A stretch of 56,387 bases of DNA, counting the filler, from Catajapyx aquilonaris (lineage: Eukaryota): NCBI GenBank assembly GCA_000934665.2. It is 4 parts of 4 records of this genome, joined end to end, with 100 filler letters (N's around TTAATTAATTAA, not from the genome) between each part and the next. Parts side by side here need not be neighbours in the genome. Positions count along the whole stretch, not along the records: positions 28,284 to 42,308 come from JYFJ02007908.1; positions 42,409 to 56,387 come from JYFJ02007909.1; 2 more parts are not named here. One strand, written 5' to 3'. This document shows, one piece after another, positions 38,180 to 51,042 of this stretch (within the stretch, counting starts at the first letter, position 1; every line of letters starts with the position of its first letter). Both the position numbers and the translations under genes were made by a program. The notes under the pieces were generated by a model, which saw nothing but the letters and a program-made list of their open reading frames with translations, was not told the DNA's origin and searched no databases.

Positions 38180-41100
38180 GGGATGTTGTCACGTCTAGCC
38201 AGTAGGACCTCTGACTCGGTTACATGATTACTAATCATTTGCTCAACTGCATCTGCGCATGTTCTTGTGTTCTTAGATTTAATTACTAAATAGTGGAGCT
38301 AATTGGAAGCAGGGTGCGGTATTTCATAATTATGTGGATGGATCATTTTCCGTCCTTTTATTTGCACATCTGTCATGTCATCTTCAGCCAGTCAGCCTTA
38401 GTTGTTTTGGCTTCTCAGAATAAATAATAATAAATACTGACCTCACTGCTATATGTGGACTATATTAATTTGGCTGACAATTACGTATGACATGTGACAG
38501 ACCATCACTCAGAACCAATATCCATACCTGGAATCCCCTCGAATAAACTGTTCATTAATACATGTGCAGCAGGTGAATTCTGTCTGCCGTGCAGCAATAT
38601 CGGCTGGAGTATCTCGTTGTTACTCTTGTGCATTTTGCGTTGGTTCAGACTGCCGTGTTGAGTATCTTATTCATTTTTTCAGGTATGGGCAGGACCAACA
38701 GACCATCCGTGCATCTTGTGCTCCTTTCAAGGAAGGCCATAGCTGCTCTAGTACCGTTGTTGGGTTTGACAGGTGGGATAATAGATTGCCATAGACTCTC
38801 GGATAACAATATCATCAATAGAACACGCAAGGGAATGTGGGATGTAATGGAAGGACTTGTTCGGAGAAAGGGAGGCCACGGCATCAGTCCGAACAAGGAG
38901 GCTGTCACTGCTCATGGTCCTGTGGCCCAAAAAGCGTCTCTCGCTCCATCTTTGGCCTCCACTCGGTCAATTATATCTTGTCGGTTGTGGTTTGTTGTCA
39001 TCTTTATTATTTAGCACCTAAGACATATCCCATTATGCCTTTACAAGTAGTTGAAATTTGCTTTTAATGACTCCAGTGAAATGAACAAGAGAGACAGCTA
39101 CTGACGTGAGCTACGTAAATCGTATCTGTAACTAATACTATTAAAACTCTTCAAACTTTATTGACGTTAAAAATGTTGCCGCAACGTTAAAGCTATTGTG
39201 CCCCAGTTGTGGATCACCAAAATGACGATGGTTCCAGTTATGGACCCCATCACTCATGCCCCAGTTATGGGACACCCTCCGTATACCATATTATTTACTG
39301 GGCTTGTGTGAATATCATCAGGGAAGGGTAAGTTTTACCCGGGTTTACCACAGCCATACGCCAACTTCACGGACGTGCCTATACTTGCCCTCCTATAGTG
39401 AATGGGAGCAGCTACTCCCCTCTCTGCGATGAGTCTTACCAAATCATGAAGCTTGCACAAAATATAATAATAACTGGTTTTCATTAGTGGCACTTGCAGC
39501 GGTTATTACCCACCTTTAAAAACGCGTTGAAATAAACTTTGTTTAACTGATTTTACAGACATGCCTTGAAAACATGTAGCAAAACAATAACAGACCATGT
39601 GCGATGTTAGTACAATTTCAATTTAACATACCGAACACCTGCATATACTTTATGGAACATACAACAAATACGTCGATGTAACGCATTGCAGTAAGGAGTT
39701 CGTAATTTCTTTGTAATAATAAGAGTGCCAGTGGGAATTAAACCATGAGAAGACTTTGCAACCATGTACTGCATCTCTGCATACCTGTCAAGAAGACCAC
39801 CTGGGACCTACGCCACCTATTATGAACTTGTGAAGATTATTTACGTAGAAGCCATACTGTATACCACCTCCAACGCCACCTATTGTAATTTACGATACAT
39901 GTTATTATTGTTCTGCCTGCCCCTGCCAGTGCCAAACTTCTGTAAATGTAGATACTGATACTGTATTATAATCATCAATGTGGTATCACAACCACATGTA
40001 GTGATGACCTGAGACTTGAATATTTTCTTGTACTCTTGGTGGCTCGTCGCCAGTTTAGCTCAATATCTTTCTTCACTGGTACCTTGCTGGGTCATGGAAT
40101 GAGACAAGGACCCATACTGATTGGATAGTTGCACTGTTATTCATTACTGTCTCTCGTACTCGTATATGCTCCTCGTAGATGATGCTCCTCTCACACTTCG
40201 GAATATTTGCCATGTTTTGCTGTCATGTAAGCTGCTTCCCCTCACTACTTGCCACATCAGACTCGTTGCTGGAAGAGCTGGACTAGACACCTGTGTGTCG
40301 GCGGTGCCCATGCATAACAGCGGAGATATTATGGTTCATACGAAAGTTATTTCACATTATAACCCATGATTCAGAGGAAGATGCCCTCCTCTCGGTTCAG
40401 ATGTTGAATTTTTCCCAGAATATTCAAAGTCTCTGGGCAATATTAGTGGTAAATAAAAAAAAAGTCTGCTTAAGAGTTCATTCTCGATACTGCTAGAGAC
40501 ATAGTAAATCGCCCACCAGGAATTGAGCATATACGAGATGGTCATTTCTAATTAATTGGCAAGCTTGTGAAACGTGGGTAACTTAAGTAACTTCAGTGAC
40601 GGTGTTGTGACTATTCTCTAAAGACATTTTTGTAAATATATCACCATTAAATTTAATTTATAACAGACCGCCAAGATTATATGAACTTGAAACACTTCCA
40701 CAAACCTGACTGTGACACTACTATACCTTCAAAGAATCACTTTTCAACTCGTTGTTGTGTCGCATCTGTCCATTTTTGGACAGGCGACATCGGATGAAAT
40801 CAATGATTTCTTCACTCCTGCAACATGTTCGTGAATTATCTGAAGTAATATTAGTGCAGTCATTTTAGACCAAAATGTTGGCGTCATGTTAAAAAATCCT
40901 TACAAGCAAGAGATTTGGTGTATGTGTAGTATTTGATCACCCTTGTAACATACTAAAAGTCCTCTGAAATCCACGCTGTGCGACGGCCGCCATCTTGAAA
41001 AATGGCGGCCGAAATCCAATTTTTCACTCTTATCTCGGAAAATACACATGTTATTAAAATGTTTTTTAAACAAAAAATGTTTACTATGCAATTGCCCATA

Positions 41101-42308
41101 AAATCTATTCTTATCATTATTTTGATAAACCTTGCCATTATGCCAGAAATCTAATTTCCTTTCTTCAATATATGTCGAAAAATGGGATTTCAGCCGCCAT
41201 TTTCCAAGATGGGCATTTTCCAAGATGTGGGTGTGGGTGTAGGTTTATCAACAGGACTGGTAGGTGACATATATCAGTAACTTGTGACAAAGCAAGAGAG
41301 AAGGGAGAAGAATCAATGGAAGAAATGAAAGGGAAAACCTTTGGCACGCTTACAATAAAAAGGAAATACAAAGTGAAACCCGAGGGGGTACCCACTCGAC
41401 TGTAAAATGTACACCGGAGTACCAAATTCAAGGAGTACCAAGGAGTACCTAAGGAGTACCTAAGGAGTATACACAACCTTTGACTCCCCTAATAGCATGT
41501 AAGCCTCGATCGACTTGATTGCTTAAAAATAGATTTGAAACAACAACAAAAAAAAGAAGTCAGATGATGAGTAGGCCTATAGAACGAGGCGAGGTTTTAG
41601 TACTCGTGCCAGTATATAAGGCGCATGAGGATGCTTGGTGCGACATTGTGTTTTTTGTGTGATGACTGATGACAATGATGATGATGATGTGATGATTAGA
41701 GCCAAAGAGAGAGAGAGAGAGAGAAAAAGAGAGTGAGAGAAGCGAGGACATGTGGGATGGGATTATTGTGTCTTCTGTGATGTCTTGTACATCATAAAAC
41801 TAACTCAACCCTTTCCTCCCCTTGAAGTTATATAAAAAAAAGAAAACTCCAAGACCTCCACCCAATTTCAATTCGCCAATTAATTTATTATAATTTTTGT
41901 ATTTCTTTCCACCATTCCCTCGAACGAAAGCATTTTTCAAAACACTAAGTAAAACACTCCTTTTATCAAGATGAAAAAAAAGAAGAAGAAATTAAGTGTT
42001 CATAGCTTCTGCCGATGGTAACAAGTAAATGGTTTGCCGTTTTGCACTGATCACCAGCTACATTTTGTGTTGTAAAAATAGGGATTCCAAACCGAAAAGG
42101 AAGAAGTGGCGGGGAAAACTGGAAAAGCCGCGAAAATAATGGTTTCTGATAACATACTGTATAATGAATATGCCTTTTTTACTTAATATAACTGAAACAC
42201 AAATTATTACGCTAATACTATTACACTAATAAGGCTGAAAATTGTAACCTAAATCAAATATTTTATCAATATTTTATGGTGACTGTTGAATTTTGTGGCG
42301 CCCTTTCT

Positions 42309-42408
42309 NNNNNNNNNNNNNNNNNNNNNNNNNNNNNNNNNNNNNNNNNNNNTTAATTAATTAANNNNNNNNNNNNNNNNNNNNNNNNNNNNNNNNNNNN
42401 NNNNNNNN
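42309..42408. other. Artificial contig spacer (44 N + TTAATTAATTAA + 44 N)
   Basis: Linker at 42353-42364. Confidence 0.97.
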
Positions 42409-43285
42409 GGATGTCATACGAACTTGCAGGTAAATGATGCCTCTCGTTGGTTGCTGCGTGACACAGGCAGAGTACACCAGAAGCTCTATAGCCCTGTAAA
42501 TGTTTGTTTTTTTGCTGCGCCATAAAATAATTAAAACGCACATAAAACATTAGGCAGATTTTCATTTTCCTAGGTTTTCTGAGAACAACGTTTCAGAGAA
42601 CATGTTATCGTTTTAACTCTGTTTCGCGGTGTGGAGATTTTTGACAATAGCCAGTGCCCTGGTGCTGCATAATATATCACAGCATTTTACAAGCACTTCT
42701 GCAATGTATGAAAACATTATTATGTGCAAGACAAAACCCCTACATAACTGTGGGTGTTTCCTGAATAATTTAGGTATTTGTTTTATTACTCTTTCACTTG
42801 TCCTAAAGCTTTCTTGGCCACATAGAAATTTAATTCAACGTAGCTTAGGCTTATGTAATGACCTATACAGACAGGTTATAGAACACTTCGCCTCTGTGGC
42901 AGCTTCAGGCTATTATATGGGTTACGCAGCGAACCTAATACCGTTTCTATCATGGGAAACTCAGAGTCAGCGTGGTTTCCAGAGAGATCCGTATATCCGG
43001 CAGCATTCAAATAAACATACTGTTACTCCATACCTTAGGAATACAAATAACAGCGAACTGCGACTGCCACTGCCTGTAAGGTTGAATTTGCCGTGTAAAG
43101 CACACATCCACTGACCACACACTCCCTATACTGGTTCTGTAAACCGAAATTTTGAAAATATAATGAGTAGACCACATTATTGTACGGTAGGCTACTGTCA
43201 ATGCTACTGTATAGGAGCGTTTTAAAAATCTGGAAGTCAGTTGCATTAAGTCGTGATCTTTTATTGCATTTTCAAGTTCTTTATA

Positions 43286-43496
43286 CAGGGTGTTTCAACT
43301 TTTTTGTCCGAACAGTTATCAGAAATATTGCAGTATAAGCTGCTACTATGTAAGCAGTGACTTGCAACCGGTTTGTCGGAGGAATGGGGAATATTCCCTG
43401 CGAATCTTAGGTTAAAGTGGCATACACTGCTTACACAGTAGCAGCTCAGTGCAATATTTCCGATAACTGTTCGGACAAAAAAGTTGAAACACCCTG
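43286..43496. mobile_element. Tc1/mariner-type MITE
   Basis: TA|CAGGGTGTTTCAACTTTTTTGTCCGAACAGTTATC ... GATAACTGTTCGGACAAAAAAGTTGAAACACCCTG|TA, with ~73-bp TIRs. Confidence 0.92.
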
Positions 43497-46400
43497 TATA
43501 CATACCTTACTACTGTAATATAAATGAGTCGTTTACCACATTCCTCAGTGTCACAATGTCCACAAAATATAGGCCTACAGTAATATATTAATGATGCAAT
43601 AACATTGTAGTAAAAAGATATTGTAATATGTGTGTAGCTACAAAATACAATAATGATGATCTTGCAAGTGGATTACAGAATATGTCATATTTTGTCGATG
43701 AAACATTTTATTACCGCACTATTCACATGTAATAACTATATGCTAGCAGCATATATATACAAGTAGCTACATGAGCAAGCACCCGCCCCTGCCAACTTTC
43801 AGCAGCAATCCCACAGATAGCAGAAAGTTCAGGGGATGGTTCTGAGAACTGTGGGAAGACCCCCAACAAGTGTGGAGTGTAAGGGTAGCAAGAAAGATAC
43901 CATAGAAAAAATACATTTCTTGTAAGGCCAACTCATTCGGATTTCTGAGGAGAATCAAGGCAGGGGGTTCGCTGGGGGTTCGTCCTGGACATCGCCCATG
44001 AATATATAACTATACCAACAGAGCTGCAGGCACTAGTCTGTTATACGAGTACTTTCATTTCAGCAGCAGCATAAAAGGGAGGAAGTGTTCGAGGGTGGGA
44101 GAGCTTGGGAGGGTTTAGGTTTGATGTGGACGTGATTATGTCATTCTCGGTGAAAATATCTGAGGTTAGATCGCGATGCCCGGAAGCTACTTTCATTGTC
44201 GATATGGCCATACCGTATAACAAAAGTTTATATGTTGTTGCTTTCATAAGCAACAACATATCTGAAAAGTTGCAGTCTACCTCAAACTGAGAGACATGTT
44301 AATCACAATTAACATGTCGCTCAGTTGATAATTACCATTGTAAATATTGTGGTAAGTGCTACTACACTCAGAAATTTACCGAGTTATAAATAGTCAATTT
44401 TTTCTGAAGAAAAATGGGAAATAACAGGTTCATGTTCACTTCAACCAGCGCCAGGAGGTGTTTTTTTCGAGTTGAAAAATAGCTGAAAAAGTTACATAAC
44501 AAAGATTGTTTCCAGCTCAGTAAAGCCTGAAGTGGCACACCCTTTAGGAACTCTAGATGGACACCCCAAGTTTACAGGCTGCATGATTATCGTGTACAGT
44601 ACCATAATATTGCTCTCCAGAGACTCGTATACAGTATACTTAGCGCAGAGTTAGTTTAGATCAACATCACTTCTGTTTCCTCTTGCTTACCTTCCCTTGT
44701 TTTCTGTCATTCTGTGCTGTCCTTTCTTGGCTTTATTGCAACATCTAAGGGACGACATTCGCGAGAAGGGTGAATTTTAGTTGTTCCATTCGAAAATATT
44801 GAGCATAGTTATCACGCTCAAAATCCTCTATGTTAACTTGGTTGTCTCCAAGAGTAATTAATCAAGGATAATTATATTAGGATATTCTTCATTTTGACTA
44901 TTCAACATTGAAGAGCGTTACATAAATTGTAACGAGGGATTGTAAAATAATTTCTCCCCTTTTGACATTTTCAAGATGTATAGAAAAGCAAATAGAGCTC
45001 AGTAGTGATAGGATTTGTTGAATCCGCTTTTTCCTCCTAAACCCGATTAATTGAGTAAGTCCTAGCAAGGCTCTGGTTTCTTATTGACAAGTAAAAATTC
45101 AAAATCGCTTATTTTTGAATAAACCGTTTTTGCAGTTCACTACTTCAAAGTTCAAATGCATCTTTCGTTACGAATAAACATGATACGTACAAAGGGCAAC
45201 ATCGCTCTTGATGATTTTGAGTCGACCGTACAGTGCTACTTAACACCCATTCGAGGATTGCGAGCGGATGATGGAACCCAGGAGAGTGATTGAGCTCTTG
45301 AAAGTTCGAGCATGATACGCTGGGTCAGCTTTACATAACCCTGGCTAAACACAGTAGGCAGACCTTTCAAATCTGTGACGCAAAATCCGCCTTTTTCTTC
45401 CTGCCCTACATACCTTGTTAAGAAAACATGATACCTTCTGTTCTATCAACCAATATTCTCTGTTTTGCACGGAACTTGCCAAATATATTGAAAGAGCAGA
45501 CACACATAAAATCAATGAAGCCAATTTTTAACAATGTGGCTCGAAGGGACGTGAGAGTGCTTTGGATGAGAAGTAGGGGCGAGAAAACCTGCTCATTCTA
45601 ACCTTCGACCTCACTTTCGACGTCTGTGCAGAACACTTTATATACTCCTGGGTACCCTTATTGTTCCCTGGTATCTTTGTGAAGGGGCACCTAATTTGAA
45701 ATAAACCTTTCCATTTATTTCTATTCCATTGATTAGTGGTCCTATAGAGACAAAATTCTATAAGAATCGCTTATTGTCACGGTGTTTTCATATCATGGTA
45801 TTCTCATTCGGGCATTTTGTTCCCAAAAACCAGGGGGGTGGCCAGGTCAAGAGAGGATCGTCTTTTTTTGGAGGAGGTGTTGGGCAGTTGGGCAATCAGG
45901 GTGTCATTCATTGTACAAATTTGAGGGAAAGTTTTTTTGGGAGGTGGGTGGGAGCAGGAATTAGAATGAATGGTGGAGGGCAATATAAGGGATGGCTTGG
46001 ATAGGACAGGGTCGTATATATGTATATAGATGGGCTGCTTTAGGCTGGATGTATTGTAAGAAGGGAGGTCAAGTGAAGTAATGGACGGTGTTACCGTTAC
46101 ATACTGAAACATTACCTGTTGCAACAGATTGTACGTCTACATTAATTTCCATGGAAGACTACTGGTGTTAAGTTTAAATGAGCCGCCTTACTGAGGATAA
46201 CGTCAATATCTCAACCGTGATCTCAACGTTGGTTATGATTTCGGACTATGAGAGGCGCTAGCTACTGGTCCAAGCTAGTGGTGTCTGCTGCGAGAAAGCT
46301 GTAAACTACATAGCTTTAACAGTATTATGTTGGCCTGCACCACGGCCGAGGAGTTGCTGTATATACTGTAATTATACAGGTCTGGCAACTAGCCCCCTTA

Positions 46401-49400
46401 TCGCGTGAATCTCTAGCCTACCTCTTGCCTAATAAAGAAAATATTATATTCTTTCGATTATACGGTAATAGGTTTCAGAGTTATACGATTTTCAACAAGT
46501 GTTGCCCAAGTGTTATCTTTTAAAAGCGATTTACCTTGTATTGTCATAAAATAATATTAATTATAAATTGCAATGTTATTAATAGCTCAGGGTTTCACTT
46601 TTGGGCAAACCATTTGACCTTTTCAAATATCAAGGAAATCAACTGGAACCTACGAGACTTATAAAAGTTTGATTAACATTACTAATGAATGCATCTAACC
46701 GTCTCGTTTTTATTTACTATGACATTTGATATAACACCATCACAACACCACCATCACGACATTTCCCTAGAAGAGGTAGTCAGCGATGACGGGAGCCACA
46801 AGCTAACCCAAAACATGAACCAAATTTAAACTAACTTAAAAACTAAATTAAAACTAAGGGATGGGTGGTTTATAGGGTGATTTTTATAAGTTTCAATTTT
46901 TAATTTGGACAATTGATAATATTGAATATAGATTTGCATGTTTTACACAAGCATGATTTGATTTGTTATTGAGACAATAATGATAGCTACTAAAGAAGAT
47001 TAGCTATTTTAAAACAACGATAGCGTTATTTTTTCATTTCCACAATAATGATGATTTACTTATACAATATCACTGTGAAATAAGACGTCTAAAAACAAAG
47101 CCTGCAACTACTGTAAAAAAGAAATCCTTGTAGATAGCTTTCCAGATGTAAAGGTGTCCTGAAAGAGTGGATTAAAAGGCAATCCATGTGATGACAAAAA
47201 ACTGATGATTTATTCAAAATAGATCTCCAAATGCAAAATTGAAGCTCTGCGAGACGTACAAGTCACACTTCACGAGTGCGGCGGAACAACCTTTTTCAGG
47301 GTGGGGATCAAAGGGGAGGAAGGGGGGGGGGCCTAAGAGATTTATATTTATTGAGCAAAAATCCTTGTCTTTCGGCTTTTCCCTTGGCTAACCTCGCGTT
47401 CAAGCCCAATCCAACAAAAATAAAAACCAAATGACCATTCACCGTGGCACAAACGCCATTCACAACAATTCGTCATCACCTGTATGTTCCACAAACCCCA
47501 TTTCTACTCATAACTTAGGCAGTTATTTTCATCATGATATCGGTTAAAATGCCGCCAGAGGTCAGTTCCGATACTTTTGAATTAAACTCAGGCAGTTGTT
47601 TTTTTTGTAGTTGTTGTGACCTTTTCTCATTCACACATTCGCACTCTCCCGACTACATATTCACACTCATGCACTCCTCTGTACACTGTCGACATACAGT
47701 CATTCATGGCACTGTCGCTGTTTTCACACGCGAAATCAAAGCGAAAACAGGAGAGAGCAACACATTACATTACATTCAACACAGGAACTTACGGTACACT
47801 TAACTATACATCTTCCAGGGGAGAAAAAGAAGTGCGTGAAAAATGCAGTCATAGCAAAAGACATTTGAATTCGTCCCCGCCTTCGCTGATCCGTTTGATC
47901 AAAATCAGCTGAGCAGCAACCAAAATCGCGTGTCATTCGCTTCACAAAGTAATGGAATTTATTTCTCACCCACAAAATTTGATCACAAAACAGAACTGGA
48001 AGAACTAGAACCAGAAGTCACCTTAACATATGTACCACACAAAATGTACAACATAGTTCATCCAACATCACGGATACACACCAACGGTATCACATCTCCT
48101 CTGATCCGTTTCGCGTGCGAAAACAGGTACAAACTGGCACAAAATCAAGGTACAAAAATGGTGACGTAGGGCGACTTTAAAAATTAAAACTATATCATGG
48201 AGCATTCCGGATGATAATAATAATACAACGTCTTTCTGAAAATGTCTGCCAGGACCATTACCATTATCAATAGTTAATCAGTAATAGTAGTAATATTATG
48301 AGGATAGTTTTAAAATGTGTCCAGAGTCAACGAGATCAACGAGATTTAACCAAAACTGCCGTCTCAATAATGGCGGCTGACGCCGAAAGATTTTTTTTCT
48401 TTTCTTCTGGTAGAGTAAAATGACGCTAATGGCGCCCGCTAGTTTGAGCAAATTAATATGTGAGTAGTAATGAGAAATAGGCAAAAAAGTTATGACCTTT
48501 CTCTTCTCCCTCCCAAAACTGACCAACAACAGTAATAACAACAACAACAACAGCAACAATCAACAACACAGATGGCGACGACGGTTCTATTTCTCTCTCT
48601 ATGTGTGTGTGTATGTGTGTGGACGTGGAAAAGTATAAAAATACAAACTAACGGCGGCCATTTTTCTTCCCACCTCCTCCCACCTCAGCAACCATAACAC
48701 CTCCTCTTGTCACAACATTGGAAGAAAAAAGGCCCGCCGAAGAAACCATCTGAGATAAAGAGTATAGAGTTGGAAACAGATTCAAGAGGGTAGAACCACA
48801 GCTAATGTTGTAAGTAATTATCACATCCAACTTTTTTTTTCACTTGGGGCCCGCCCAAATACGAGTTTCGCAGAACACAATTACTTTTTCTTGTTAACAG
48901 AAACGTCAGTATATAACGAGAGAGATTTTAATTTCTCAGTGAGGGATGAGAACAATGTGCTTGGGCTTCTATCAACTTACGGATATGTAAATATGAAGAC
49001 AGGATTCAAAAGTGTAGAATTTCCCACAATTTGGGCTAAACTCATTGATGGCAAACATAATTACACAATGTCGTCAGGTATTGGAGTATATGGATTGAGC
49101 ACAGTCTGAATTACTTCTGCGACGGCTAGGATAACATCATGGCCATCTTTTTTTTCTTTTTTCTTTTTTTGGCTACGTCTCCATTGTTGGTAGAAGCCAT
49201 AGCAATCGTTACTTAGGCAGAAACAAACTGTACCAAAACGCGTCCTGCGCACGGTACACTTTGATAAACCCCAAAAAATTTACACCACACCTTAACCCGT
49301 TACCTCCATCATGGAAACATACATCAATGGTTCCACAAAAATATTTCTTTCACATGAAACTTAGAACACCATGTTCCAGATTACTACAAGGAAACAACAG

Positions 49401-51042
49401 TGGTACTTTTTTGGCACAACATCAAATAAATGAGTACTGTACTGTATGACACCTACGTTCATTGATATCTTACCTCAACATATATATATTTTTTTCAATG
49501 CAATTTTTAATTATCCACAACAAAAAATTGTACACAGGAGGTAAGGCGGCCAAGATGCCACACGTTGTTACTACAGTATACGATCAGCTCTACGGCGTGT
49601 ACATCCCAAATGACAGACTTTGTTGAGCTGGGATTAGGGCAGAAAACAGGTTAAGACACACGCCATAAGAGCACATCGACTGATGTGTCTCCGGAGGTCA
49701 AAGGGCCCGCCCATGCCTGTACTCAGAATCTCGAAAAAAGATCTGACATATCGCAGGACAAGACGGTCATATTCGTATAATTGGCAGAGGGGTCGAAGTA
49801 TGTTATACGAACAACAGACAGCAAGAGTAACGCCCATGTCTGGTACTTGCATGACTTAGGTCACTTGACAGGCGTGCAATAGGGTGAGAGAATAAAGAGC
49901 GGCAAGGTCATATGAATGGAGGAGAAATATATTCTGGAATGGGTACTATCAAGATCAAAAAGATGCCTGGCTGAACATTAGGCTGCACTACTGGTAGGGG
50001 AAAATTAGACTGAAAAGGCGACAGAAAAGGTAAGACACCAGTTATATTTTCTGTTGAGTGGGTTTTCCAGTTTTAGGTCACAGTTGTCTAGGGTCGTCCA
50101 TAATACCTCGACTTCCACTAGAGCTCTTGAGAGAGATCAACAATTATTAGAGGACCCTGCGATGAGCATGCTCTTAACTCTTTAAGTAAGAGTGAACAGT
50201 GTTTGAGGTGAATCAGACGAATCAACAAACTCCCCCTGTCCAGTACAATCCATATTGTGTGATGGTATACACATGAAAAATTTGAATACTTAAATTGCAA
50301 GTTAAATGTACAAGAGATCATCATTTACACATACATAGTCTATGTGTGCCAAATAAAACGGGGTTTTTACCCATTATGCTAATTTTTGAATTTTTAAATA
50401 CAGTAACAGTACCGTATGCAATGAACTGAAGTGTAATAAGGGAGCTCTAGATTGATTAATCTACATCTTGTACTGGTGGTAGGAAGTCGGGGCTGAGAGT
50501 GACGTCACGCTCAAAAGTGAATTAAAATATTTTAACTGAAAGGTCTGTGCCAAATTAAATAAATAACTTAAACATCCTGTATCCAACTTCCGATTCCTAA
50601 TTTCGTCGATAGAACCAGACTACAGGCTGATTCTTCCTCTCTTCAATATTATTGTAAAGAGAAAAATCTAAATTGGAGGAAAAAGTTACGTACGACAGCG
50701 TGACGTAGGCCTACATTTTTAAATGGCGGCCGTGTTCAGCGTCACTGTAAGTACAACTTCATGGACGACCCCTAAGTAGAGGAAGAGAAGTTTTCCAGCC
50801 TCGTGAGAAGATAAACCGGCTAATACCGTAGTTGAAACATTACTGGCTAATTGCACCAATATGGCAATGGCTTATGTTCTGCAACAAACGACAAGCCAGA
50901 TCAGTCATGGCACAAGGAGCGTTACCCCGGGCTGCCTGTCGTTACGGGAATCATGCATCTTGGAGGGACACCCACGAGTGTGATCCCGCACCCGAAGCAC
51001 CAGTTTTCGAGACTCCCAGGCAGTAGGTGACGGAGACTTAGG

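Noticed and set aside
38564..39067. Overlapping ORFs next to the Helitron fragment
   Set aside because: I could not recognise helicase, Rep or other motifs.
48660..50810. Su(H) sites (TTCCCAC, CGTGAGAA) downstream of klu
   Set aside because: Scattered and unpaired, at a frequency compatible with chance.
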